Assembly (NCBI GenBank): GCA_963701085.1
Contig: OY969561.1
Span: forward strand, 64,001-128,000
Direction: 5' to 3'
DNA: 64,000 nt
Origin: an uncultured bacterium
GTDB lineage: Bacteria > Babelota > Babeliae > Babelales > Vermiphilaceae
Part shown: piece by piece, positions 19,031-28,466 of the stretch
Position numbering within the stretch: the first letter of the stretch is position 1
How the letters are laid out: each line of letters starts with the position of its first letter
The notes under the pieces: model-generated
What the model saw: only the letters and a program-made list of their open reading frames with translations
What the model was told of the DNA's origin: nothing
Databases searched by the model: none
Translations under genes and position numbers: made by a program

Positions 19031-19963
19031 TTGGAGAGAGCTATGCTCGTACGAAGTTTTTTTTTGATGATGATTGTTTTGTTCACAGCCCCTTTTTCCC
19101 TCCTTTCTAAAAATTATTATACCGGGAATAAAGAGGTTGTTCTCATTGATAGCTTTGAGGGAAGCAATTCTTTTATAAGTTATGTCACTATTGGTGGAAA
19201 TAAATATATTATTAAGCAAAAAAGAGATATGAAAAAGCAGATATCAATAGTGCGTGATGCGCTTGCTGCTTATATTGCTCAAGATCTTAATATAGCTCAT
19301 TTAGTTGAAGTCATTGCAGCAAAAGATAATATTATTGGAAAAAAATATGCATGGTTACCAGCAACACGTCACACGGTTGCTGCAGGTAAGACGTTGCGTG
19401 AGCAACCAGAAAGTAAATATCACAAATTATCCCTACAGCAACATTCTCCAGAAGATCATTCATTGGCGAAAAGTGGGTTAACCACCGTAATTATTGAGTG
19501 TATGACATGGCACGAGCAATTACCAATTATTGTAGCACTTGATTTGTTTATTTGTAATACGGATCGTCACCGTGGAAATCTTTTTTATGATCCAGTAACA
19601 GATACTTTTTGTGCCATCGATATGGATGATATTTTTAAATATAATTTACCTGAATTAGCATGTAAAAAGCTAGATTTGATGATAAATGCTGATAAAAAGC
19701 AGTTTACTAAAAAAGAGATTGAGGCTTTGAAGTGTGTAAGAAATACGATTAAGTTTTTATCGAAAAAATATACTTCAAAAAAAATTATCGACAAACTTCA
19801 TTTTTTTGCTCAACAGGCAGTCTGTATTAAAGATAAGGTAGAATGTAGCAGACGAATGGCAGAGCTCATAGCACAGCATGAAGAAATTATTATTAAAAGC
19901 TGCGCAAGTGTGCACCAATTGATAGTAGTTTTGGATAAAATTATTAAGAATTTTAATAAATAA
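19031..19963 (+). CDS. Atypical kinase, PI3/4-kinase/HipA-like fold, signal-peptide-like leader (start possibly 19043)
   Basis: YIIKQK catalytic Lys, LDLFICNTDRHRGNL catalytic loop, CAIDMD metal-binding motif. Confidence 0.8.
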   Translation: MERAMLVRSFFLMMIVLFTAPFSLLSKNYYTGNKEVVLIDSFEGSNSFISYVTIGGNKYIIKQKRDMKKQISIVRDALAAYIAQDLNIAHLVEVIAAKDNIIGKKYAWLPATRHTVAAGKTLREQPESKYHKLSLQQHSPEDHSLAKSGLTTVIIECMTWHEQLPIIVALDLFICNTDRHRGNLFYDPVTDTFCAIDMDDIFKYNLPELACKKLDLMINADKKQFTKKEIEALKCVRNTIKFLSKKYTSKKIIDKLHFFAQQAVCIKDKVECSRRMAELIAQHEEIIIKSCASVHQLIVVLDKIIKNFNK

Positions 19964-19993
19964 TTTTATCCACTAAAATATTTTGTTACTGTT

Positions 19994-20031
19994 GACTTAT
20001 AAAAGCTTTTTATTTAATGCTTTTATAAGTC
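19994..20031. repeat. 13-bp inverted repeat between kinase genes (terminator or operator)
   Basis: GACTTATAAAAGC...GCTTTTATAAGTC, overlapping a TTGACT hexamer. Confidence 0.6.
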
Positions 20032-20055
20032 TTATTAGTCTGATAGAAAGCGGAG

Positions 20056-20981
20056 ATGTTTATGGTAATGCGTGTTTTTATTATGTTTGGCTTTTTTTTG
20101 ATTACGATATCATCCTCGATGTTGTGTAAAATTTATTATACCGGTAAAGAAAATGTTATTTTAACCGGTGGCTTCGAGTCGAAAAATTCTTTTATTAGCT
20201 ATGTTACGATTAATGGTTCTCACTATATTGTTAAACAAAAAAAAAGAGTACAAAGAAGATAGCATTCGTGCGTGATGCTCTTGCTGCATATATTGCTCAG
20301 GATCTTGGTGTGGCTCATGAAGTTCAAATTGTTTCGGCAATAGATGATATTGCTGGAAAAATGTACAGAGATGTGCCAGCAACGCTTCATACTCGCGCTG
20401 ACGGTAAAATGGTGAGTGATTTGCGGGGGAATAAATATTTTGACCTAGCTTTAAAACAACGATCTCCTGAAGAAGATCCTTTAGCCAATAGGTGGCTAAC
20501 TGAAACAATTATTCACCAAATGACATGGCATAAACAATTACCAATTATTATAGCACTTGATTTGTTTATTAGTAACACTGATCGTCATCGTGGAAATCTT
20601 TTTTATGATGAAAAAACCGATCGTTTTTGTGCAATTGATATGGATAATATTTATAGACGTGATTTACCGGCTCTTGCATGTGAAAAATTAGATTTAATGG
20701 TTAATGTGTATCAGAAGAAGTTTACTCAAGAAGAGATTAAAGCATTGAAGAGTGTCAGAGATACGCTGCAATTATTATTAAAAAAGCATGCACCAGCTAA
20801 GACTATTGCTCAGCTTCATTTGTTTGCCAAGCAAGCAGGTTATAGTAATATGGAAATCATGAATGGCAAAAATAAGTCAAAAAAAATAGCTTCGCATGAA
20901 GAAATGATTGTTCAAAGTTATATGAGTGCGCAGAAATTGGTGGTAGTTTTGGATAAAATTATTAATAGTTTTTATAACTAA
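20056..20981 (+). CDS. Atypical kinase paralog 2, frameshifted in an A9 tract (20237-20245)
   Basis: ORFs 20056-20262 and 20268-20981 together align with the paralogs; one more A gives KQKKKSTKKIAFVRDAL with the paralog spacing; DRHRGN and AIDMD intact. Confidence 0.8.
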
Positions 20982-20987
20982 ATTATT

Positions 20988-21941
20988 GTGGTATTTATGA
21001 AGGCGGAGAAAATTATGGTAATGCGTGTTTTTATGGTTCTTAGTTTTCTTTTATTTACGGTAACATCTTCGATATTTTCTAAAATTTATTATACGGGTAA
21101 AGAAGAAGTTTCGCTTATTAATACGATTGAAGGTAAAAATTGTTTTATCAGCTACGTCATGATTAATGGCCACAAATATCTCCTTAAGCAAAAAAAAGAT
21201 TATAAAAACCAATTGGCCGTTGTACGAGATGCTTTGGCAGCATACGTTGCTGAAGATCTTAACATTGCGCATGAGATTGAGATTGTTGAATCAACAAAAG
21301 AGTTCCCTGGGAAAGTTAAAACCTCGTGGCCTGCAACATTGCATAAAATTGCTCTGGGCGATACGGTCAGAAGGCAACGAGACTGTAAATATAATGCATT
21401 ACGGTTGAGACAGTTTTGGGCACAAGCGCAGTCATTTAATGAAAAAGGGCTCACAAAGGCAATTATCGAGTATATGACATGGCATAGACAATTGCCGAAA
21501 ATAGTTGCGTTAGATCTGATTATAGGTAATTCAGATCGTCATTGTGGAAACCTTTGTTATGATGCTACCACTGATACATTTTGCGCTATTGATATGGATG
21601 ATACGTTCAATAAAGATTTATGTTTTTTGGCATATGAAAAACTTAAATATATGATAAATGAAGATAAAGTAGTTTTTAATAGGCAAGAATTGCGTGCGCT
21701 TGCTCAGATGCGAGATACATTAAAATTTTTGGTACGTAAGCATACTCCCTATGATCTGATTCAAAGGCTTCATTTTTTTGCTCGTAAGGCTGGATTTAGT
21801 AGAGGGCAAGAGATGTATGATGGGCGGATTGAGAGAAAACTGTTGAAGTTTGAAGCAATGATTATAAAAACGCATGCGAGTGCATATAAACTGATATCGC
21901 TGCTTGATAAAATTATTAGTCGTAAACTTACAATAAATTGA
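20988..21941 (+). CDS. Atypical kinase paralog 3
   Basis: YLLKQK, VRDALAA, NSDRHCGNL, CAIDMD; leader MVMRVFMVLSFLLFTVTSSIFS. Confidence 0.8.
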   Translation: MVFMKAEKIMVMRVFMVLSFLLFTVTSSIFSKIYYTGKEEVSLINTIEGKNCFISYVMINGHKYLLKQKKDYKNQLAVVRDALAAYVAEDLNIAHEIEIVESTKEFPGKVKTSWPATLHKIALGDTVRRQRDCKYNALRLRQFWAQAQSFNEKGLTKAIIEYMTWHRQLPKIVALDLIIGNSDRHCGNLCYDATTDTFCAIDMDDTFNKDLCFLAYEKLKYMINEDKVVFNRQELRALAQMRDTLKFLVRKHTPYDLIQRLHFFARKAGFSRGQEMYDGRIERKLLKFEAMIIKTHASAYKLISLLDKIISRKLTIN

Positions 21942-21944
21942 GTT

Positions 21945-23207
21945 ATGGGGAAAGAAATGTTGCGGTATAAATATTTTATTGTACTGGTCATCATTTTTTT
22001 CTATAGAAGTAGTTATGGACAAGATTCGTTAAAACCATTGGATATACTGTTTGTTGTAGGACATTTTCCTGCTCCTTCTCAGACCTTTATTCTTAATATT
22101 ATTACGGGATTAATTGATAAAGGTCATAATATTTCTATTTTTTCATTTAATAAAGATAATCTACTTCACGCGCATCCCAATATAGAAAAATATAAGTTAT
22201 TGAATCGTGTTACGTATAAAAAATTTCCAGCAAAATTACCACACTATGATATTGTTTTCTGTCAATTTGGGTATATGGCTCAAAAAATTTTTCAGATGAA
22301 ACATTTGCGCGAATGGCTACGACAAAGAAAAGTGGTTGTCTGTTTTAGAGGATCAGATATAACAGTGTATCTTCAAAAGGACCCAAAAATGTATAAACGA
22401 ACATTTAGGCGAGGAAATCTTTTTTTACCTGTTTGTGACTATTTCAGACAAAAGCTTATTGCATTGGGGTGCAAAGCTCATAAGATATTAGTGCACCATT
22501 CTGCTATTGATTGTTCACAGTTTTTTTTTACATCACGAGAAAAACCTAAAAAGGATACTATTCATTTGGTTTCCGTGTGTAGACTTGTCGAAAAAAAAGG
22601 CATTGATGATGCAATAAAAGCATGTGCTGAAGTTATAAAAAAACATCCACAGGTACATTATACCATTGTTGGTGATGGCCCAGAACGAACGTATTTAGAG
22701 TTATTAATACATCAATTATATCTTCAGGATAATGTTACGCTTTGTGGGTGGAAAGGTCATGATGAAATAGTTTCTATTTTGGACAAATCACATATTTTTT
22801 TGTTGCCATCAAGAACCGCCTCTGATGGGAATGAAGAGGGGATTGCCAATGCTTTAAAAGAAGCAATGGCGATGGGGTTAATTTCTGTTGGGACATGGCA
22901 TGCTGGAACACCTGAATTGATTGATGATAATGTATCTGGATATCTTGTGCCTGAAAATGATGTATGGAGGTTAGCCAATACAGTTAACTTTATTATAGAG
23001 CATCCAGAACTATGGAAATCTGTAGGATTAGCGGCACGAAAAAAAGTTGAAGATGAATTTGAGACCGGGCAATCTATCGAAAAATTAGAAAAACTATTTT
23101 ATGCATTACTTGGGTGGCAAGACTGTTATCTGTGTACGGAGAATGAATATGCGGATGATGAAAAAATTAATTTTAATAGCGGTTCTTCTTTATTTATGTC
23201 CCATTGA
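21945..23207 (+). CDS. Glycosyltransferase family 4, WcaL-like (start possibly 21957)
   Basis: FPAPSQTFILN, FRGSDI, RLVEKKG, EEGIANALKEAMAMG; hydrophobic leader. Confidence 0.92.
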   Translation: MGKEMLRYKYFIVLVIIFFYRSSYGQDSLKPLDILFVVGHFPAPSQTFILNIITGLIDKGHNISIFSFNKDNLLHAHPNIEKYKLLNRVTYKKFPAKLPHYDIVFCQFGYMAQKIFQMKHLREWLRQRKVVVCFRGSDITVYLQKDPKMYKRTFRRGNLFLPVCDYFRQKLIALGCKAHKILVHHSAIDCSQFFFTSREKPKKDTIHLVSVCRLVEKKGIDDAIKACAEVIKKHPQVHYTIVGDGPERTYLELLIHQLYLQDNVTLCGWKGHDEIVSILDKSHIFLLPSRTASDGNEEGIANALKEAMAMGLISVGTWHAGTPELIDDNVSGYLVPENDVWRLANTVNFIIEHPELWKSVGLAARKKVEDEFETGQSIEKLEKLFYALLGWQDCYLCTENEYADDEKINFNSGSSLFMSH

Positions 23208-24315
23208 AGCAGGTAATCCACATCCCTTGAACATACTTTTTGTCGTAGGGTATTTTCCTTCCTTGTCGCAAATTTATATTTTGAATATGATTACAGGCTT
23301 GATTAATAGAGGTCATAATGTTTCTATTTTTTCATTTCATAAAAGTGATGAGCTTGATATGCATCCTCATGTTGAAAAATATAAGTTATTGAATCGTGTT
23401 ATATATGAAAATTTTCCTGAAATATTACCAGAATGTGATATTGTTTTTTGTCAGTTTGGAGGATTGGGTAAAAAAATTTTGGAGATACCCAATTTATCTG
23501 AATGGTTGCAAAAACGCAAGATGGTAGTGTGCTTAAGAGGTTTTGATGTAATGGGCTATGTTAATAACCCTGCGGGTCTTAATACCTATATTTTTAATAA
23601 GGTCGATCTTTTTTTACCCGTCTGCAACTATTTTAAAAATCGTTTTATTGCTTTAGGGTGTAATCCAGAAAAAATAGTTGTGCATCATTCCGCTATTGAT
23701 TGTACACAATTTTGTTTTAAAATACGACAAAGACCAGAACAAGGTATTGTTCATCTGATTTCTGTTTGTAGGCTTGTCAAAAAAAAAGGCATTGATATTG
23801 CAATAAAAGCATTGGTCGAAGTTATCAAAAAATATCGGCGGGTACATTATACTATTGTTGGTGATGGACCAGAACGAACATATTTGGAGTTATTAATACA
23901 GCAATTATGTCTTCAGGATAAGGTTACGCTTTGTGGCTGGAAGAATCATGATGAACTTGTTTCTATTTTAGATCAATCTCATATTTTTTTGCTACCATCG
24001 GTAACGCCACCTAATGGTAATGAAGAGGGTATTTCCAATGCGTTGAAAGAGGCGATGGCAATGGGGCTCGTTTCTATAGCAACGTGGCATGCAGGAACTC
24101 CTGAATTAATAGATGATGGAGTGTCTGGATATTTGGTTCCGGAAAACGATAGCATCGAATTAGCTAACAAAATTAATTACATCATAAAACGTTCAGGAAA
24201 ATGGAAATCTATAGGTTTAGCGGCACGAAAAAAAATTGAAGATGAGTTTGAGACCAAGCAATCTATAAAACAGCTCGAAAAAATTTTTTATAAATTGCTT
24301 GGTTTGTCATTATAA
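23149..24315 (+). CDS. Glycosyltransferase family 4, WcaL-like
   Basis: Start reassigned to ATG 23149 (GGAG 7 nt upstream); leader MKKLILIAVLLYLCPIEA; RLVKKKG, EEGISNALKEAMAMG. Confidence 0.9.
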   Translation: MRMMKKLILIAVLLYLCPIEAGNPHPLNILFVVGYFPSLSQIYILNMITGLINRGHNVSIFSFHKSDELDMHPHVEKYKLLNRVIYENFPEILPECDIVFCQFGGLGKKILEIPNLSEWLQKRKMVVCLRGFDVMGYVNNPAGLNTYIFNKVDLFLPVCNYFKNRFIALGCNPEKIVVHHSAIDCTQFCFKIRQRPEQGIVHLISVCRLVKKKGIDIAIKALVEVIKKYRRVHYTIVGDGPERTYLELLIQQLCLQDKVTLCGWKNHDELVSILDQSHIFLLPSVTPPNGNEEGISNALKEAMAMGLVSIATWHAGTPELIDDGVSGYLVPENDSIELANKINYIIKRSGKWKSIGLAARKKIEDEFETKQSIKQLEKIFYKLLGLSL

Positions 24316-24318
24316 GAC

Positions 24319-27300
24319 TTAATGTTGTCTATTTATATACCAATACCAGATAGCAGAGAAAGTGCTCACCGCACACGCGCTCATAATTGCTGCAAACACT
24401 TCTCCTGGATATGCATTAAATATCACTTTTTGTGCCAATTTTAGCATAACAAAGCTGCCCGTTGCGAGCGGAATGAGTGCAAAATCATAGCGAATGATAA
24501 AGCGGTACATTGCAAGAAACGCCCAGCCAATTATTGATCCCACGATAATCCACAGCGGTAGATCCTCAAGAGATGGTAATTCACAGAGCGCCATGCCGCA
24601 CAGCGCAGCAAATCCTATAAAGAATACGCAATGCTTTTGCCATTGTTGTGTTGCCGTATCAATGAGCATAAACAGTAGAGAAAATGCAATGGTGATTTGT
24701 GCATAGTACGTGAGTGTGTTTATCAGTGTAGCAACTAATGGAATAATGCAACTCAGAGCATCGTAGTTTGGCCACAGTGGCATGTTGGTTGGAATGAGTT
24801 TATATGCAAAGCCCAAAATTCCTGCAAAAAATAGTCCCACGCACATTCCCGTACTTATGGTTGTTGCATTGTTCGGTAAGTGGTGTGATCTTTTTTGTCC
24901 CATTATATAACTCATAACAGCCGCGTACATAATTGATTTGATGACAGCACTTACCGTGAGTGATGTTATGAATTGAATGAGTTGGTTCATTAAGGGCAGA
25001 CTGGTATTAAAACCACCGGCTATGCTTGGCCAAGTATTAATTATTTCAGCAAAAAAGAGTACCGTTATGATACTAAATAATGTGAAAAAGAGTTGTTTTG
25101 AAAAAATAAAACTTATTTTTTGTCTGTATAAAAGAATGATTGCAAAGAGTAAAAAGAACAGCAAAATGAGAAAGAAAATTATGACGATAATATTCAGCAT
25201 GTTTTGTTTATGCAGTTCATTACGTTCCCATTCTTCAGGAACATGAATGGTGCGTACTGCATCAACAACTTTATCACCAGCAATGGTAATGTTGATACGT
25301 GCTTGGCCACTGTTGAGTGGGTATACTGCCGGATTTGAGAAAATAAATAACCAATTTTTTCTATTCGGCAATTGTGTTTGTGTTGCAGAAATTTCCGTCA
25401 GTTCTGCCGGGTTAAGATTGAACTGTTCTTGCAATGTTGCATGCGCAATTGCACGTGCTTCATGTTGAGACAGTTGCGCGCCAGCGGTAGTTTCAGGTAA
25501 TTGGTGGTAGTAGCGCCAAATGCTATTATCGTAGAACATTACTTTGTGCTCTTCTGCACGTTGTATAATATCAGTATCAAATTGTGCGTAACGGATTGTC
25601 CAGTGTGTCGGGTGTAAATAGGTGCCCAAAAGATTATGATACAACTCTTTGTTGCCTTCTCTCCAGATGAATTTATGTTGAATGGCAATTTGCGGAACAA
25701 GTTTGTAGTGCGTAAATATAAGTGGTAACGTTTTCCATGGCTTGTCCGACGAAGCTTTAGCGAAGTCGGAAGTGTGCGGTAGAAAATTTTTCTCTGCTAA
25801 ATATGCATTTGCCGTTGCAATTGCCTCATTTCTATTCATGGTAATAGTGACGCCATCATGAGTAAATGGTGTTGTCCCTATCCATGCAATAAGACCTGCT
25901 ATACCAAGAACGAGCATTAGTTTTTGCGTTGCTGTGCTTAGTGTGTATGATTCAGTTTGTCTGATGACAGGTTCTACTTTTTCTTTTGTTATTGCAGTAG
26001 CTGTCCATGATTCATTGAGAGCTGATTGTGGCAGTTCTGTCCAGCAACCTTTTTTTATGCGTGCATACAGTATACATGCAAGCGGAAGCATGGTAATGAG
26101 TACAATAGTTATTTTGTAAGCGAGTGCATGTGGTGTTTGGGATACAAAAATGGGCAATGAAAACCAAATAATATCATAAACAGTGTGTGCAATAATATTG
26201 GTGAGTAAACCAAACCGTAAATAAATTGCACCCCAGATGAATGATGGTATGAGTAATTCAACAAGACGTGCATATGATGGTTGCATCGGATAATTGGCAT
26301 GCGCAGCACCAAAAATAACCGCTTGTAAGATAAATGCAGCAGTTATCCACCAATTTCTCTTACCAAAATAGTCTCCTATTAAGGCAGCCCCCGCTAGGGG
26401 GATTGCTCTAAAAAGACATTCTTCCATAAAACCAGCATTCAATGATTGAGCAATGGGTGAAAACCAGGGGACATAAGTTGCTAAGATATTGGGATCGAAT
26501 AACATTTCCGACGGTGACCACCATCCCAAATAACGGGTGGAAAATAAATAAAATCCAATCACAAATGCACAGTTAAAACCAACAAGGAGATATGCGCCAA
26601 CAGTTCTGCCTAATACCGCATATGATGTACTGATATTGTTTTGCCACAAAGACCATAGTTGTGGTTGATGGCCAAAAGCACGGCGTGTTAAGCTTTCTGC
26701 AGTCATAATAACTACTGTTAAAAAGGCTGTTTGAGCGAGCAAATTGATAAAAAAACTGAGAAATAGTTGTATAAGAAAACCATTTGATGAGTGAGCGCTA
26801 TTATAATGCATCCATAAAAAAGGTAATCGATTGATAGCTGTTAGTACTGACATGCATGCAAGCAATATTGCCCATTGTAATGGTTGTTTTATAATGTACC
26901 AGCGTCGTCTCATAATCCAAAATAGACCAAGACAGCAGCCGCCAAGAATATAAAGTAATCCCATAATAAGGTTTGCTGCCCAAGAAATGGTATTATTTGC
27001 TGAACGCATTTCAGCATAACGGCGATTGAATGCTTCAGGTACTTTAACAAAATGGGTTAGTTCGGTCATTTTGTTGCCGCTGACAACTATTTTTAAGCGG
27101 TATAAGCCTTCACCAGACTTCGCCAAGGCTTCGTCGGGCAGGCCTATTTTTTTATCTGCACGTTCATAGACAAAGGTGTGATCAATTCTTTCGCTAGGTT
27201 CTGTTTTTTGTGATGCTTCAACTAATGTGTAGTCAGTAAAGGTAACATTCCAATCAGCAGCACCGTTTTTTTCTGCTATCTGTTGCGCATCAGTTGATGA

Positions 27301-27732
27301 TAATTGTGCGCCAGGAACATTCTCTGAAACAGTTTCTACAAAGCCATACGGCTGGCCATCAGGAGTGAATGTAATGGTTGTTTCATTTTTTTCATGCTCT
27401 TTAAAATGGCGTACGCGCCAGGTATATGGCATGTAAAGATTGTGTTCCATCATTGCTACAAACGCATCTTTGCCGCCAGCTTCAAGTTCCACGAATGTTT
27501 TAACGGCATTGTCTGTGTGAAACATTGCGGCATATTCATAACTGTTAGGACCTAGTTGATGTTGTTCCGCTATTTTATCTGCTTTATCTAAAGCTTGTTC
27601 AAGATCCATACTGATTTTGAGATGGATAAGGGGAAATGTTTGTGGGAAAAAGTGAAATGCAAAAAAGTATAACAGTCCTGAAAGGATTGTTGCGCTAATC
27701 CACATAAGTGGAGAACATGAATAATGTTTCAT
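24319..27732 (-). CDS. Large membrane protein with CPBP (Abi/CAAX type II) intramembrane metalloprotease domain
   Basis: EECLFR, FGAAH, AHTVYD motifs; two similar extracytoplasmic domains and many TM helices. Confidence 0.85.
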   Translation of the reverse strand: MKHYSCSPLMWISATILSGLLYFFAFHFFPQTFPLIHLKISMDLEQALDKADKIAEQHQLGPNSYEYAAMFHTDNAVKTFVELEAGGKDAFVAMMEHNLYMPYTWRVRHFKEHEKNETTITFTPDGQPYGFVETVSENVPGAQLSSTDAQQIAEKNGAADWNVTFTDYTLVEASQKTEPSERIDHTFVYERADKKIGLPDEALAKSGEGLYRLKIVVSGNKMTELTHFVKVPEAFNRRYAEMRSANNTISWAANLIMGLLYILGGCCLGLFWIMRRRWYIIKQPLQWAILLACMSVLTAINRLPFLWMHYNSAHSSNGFLIQLFLSFFINLLAQTAFLTVVIMTAESLTRRAFGHQPQLWSLWQNNISTSYAVLGRTVGAYLLVGFNCAFVIGFYLFSTRYLGWWSPSEMLFDPNILATYVPWFSPIAQSLNAGFMEECLFRAIPLAGAALIGDYFGKRNWWITAAFILQAVIFGAAHANYPMQPSYARLVELLIPSFIWGAIYLRFGLLTNIIAHTVYDIIWFSLPIFVSQTPHALAYKITIVLITMLPLACILYARIKKGCWTELPQSALNESWTATAITKEKVEPVIRQTESYTLSTATQKLMLVLGIAGLIAWIGTTPFTHDGVTITMNRNEAIATANAYLAEKNFLPHTSDFAKASSDKPWKTLPLIFTHYKLVPQIAIQHKFIWREGNKELYHNLLGTYLHPTHWTIRYAQFDTDIIQRAEEHKVMFYDNSIWRYYHQLPETTAGAQLSQHEARAIAHATLQEQFNLNPAELTEISATQTQLPNRKNWLFIFSNPAVYPLNSGQARINITIAGDKVVDAVRTIHVPEEWERNELHKQNMLNIIVIIFFLILLFFLLFAIILLYRQKISFIFSKQLFFTLFSIITVLFFAEIINTWPSIAGGFNTSLPLMNQLIQFITSLTVSAVIKSIMYAAVMSYIMGQKRSHHLPNNATTISTGMCVGLFFAGILGFAYKLIPTNMPLWPNYDALSCIIPLVATLINTLTYYAQITIAFSLLFMLIDTATQQWQKHCVFFIGFAALCGMALCELPSLEDLPLWIIVGSIIGWAFLAMYRFIIRYDFALIPLATGSFVMLKLAQKVIFNAYPGEVFAAIMSACAVSTFSAIWYWYINRQH
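25741..25770 (-). repeat. 30-nt palindromic element (family A), in frame in CPBP gene
   Basis: TCCGACTTCGCTAAAGCTTCGTCGGACAAG, translated SDFAKASSDK. Confidence 0.9.
27113..27142 (+). repeat. 30-nt palindromic element (family A), in frame and antisense in CPBP gene
   Basis: CCAGACTTCGCCAAGGCTTCGTCGGGCAGG, translated LPDEALAKSG on the coding strand. Confidence 0.9.
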
Positions 27733-27768
27733 AGGGTTTCCTTGGTACTTGCCTAATCTTTATATCCC

Positions 27769-27840
27769 GCGCTCACCCTGAACTTGTTGAAGGGTTAAGG
27801 CGCGCTCAAAGAAACCCTTCAACAAGTTCAGGGTGAGCGC
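27769..27840. repeat. Intergenic palindromic element (family B), perfect 28-bp arms
   Basis: GCGCTCACCCTGAACTTGTTGAAGGGTT-N16-AACCCTTCAACAAGTTCAGGGTGAGCGC. Confidence 0.92.
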
Positions 27841-27884
27841 ATCAGGAAATTTAGTAAGCAAATTTAATTATTTATGAATTACTG

Positions 27885-28286
27885 TTATTTATCTTCCGCT
27901 GGTTGGCAAATATCAATAAGGTTGCCATAAAGATCTTTTATCACGGCATCAATGCCCCAAAATTCATTGGTAGGCTGTTTGACAAATTCAACACCTTTTC
28001 CGGTAAATTCTGCGGCTGTTTTATGACAATCATCAGTAAGGAGCACAAAAAGAGGAATACTGCCACTTTGTTTACCAATTATTGTATGATCTTCTGGTTC
28101 CTGAGGTAGGAGTAAAGAAAGAGAAACTGTTGAATCCTTGGTTGGCGCTATGGTGAGCCAGTACCAGGTGTTATCAGGGGCTTTATGAGCTTCTGTTGTG
28201 ACAAAACCGAGTTTTTCGGTGTAAAAGGTTAAAGCTTCATCCTGATTACGCACTAAAAGTGAAAAATGACTGATTTTTGAAGCCAT
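27885..28286 (-). CDS. VOC (glyoxalase/bleomycin resistance) family protein
   Basis: VRNQDEALTFYTEKLGF, KGVEF, WG, KDLYGN motifs. Confidence 0.92.
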   Translation of the reverse strand: MASKISHFSLLVRNQDEALTFYTEKLGFVTTEAHKAPDNTWYWLTIAPTKDSTVSLSLLLPQEPEDHTIIGKQSGSIPLFVLLTDDCHKTAAEFTGKGVEFVKQPTNEFWGIDAVIKDLYGNLIDICQPAEDK

Positions 28287-28466
28287 AGATGGGCCCTTTT
28301 GAGAAAAAGTTAATAGAATACTATACTTAATAATGGTACCAGGCTTTTTAACTAAGGCAATTGGTTAGGTACAAGTAATTATGATTAATATTGCTATTGT
28401 TGTGTCTAAAATGTTAAGTTTGTGCTGTATAATACAGTTTGGGTAAAAATGCTCGAATTAATATGA

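Noticed and set aside
19031-21941. HipBA toxin-antitoxin modules
   Set aside because: No HTH antitoxin genes nearby, and the kinases carry export-like leaders.
16721-24315. Standard colanic acid or capsule operon
   Set aside because: GTs are WcaL-like, but no wza/wzc/wzx/wzy or priming transferase is present in the cluster.
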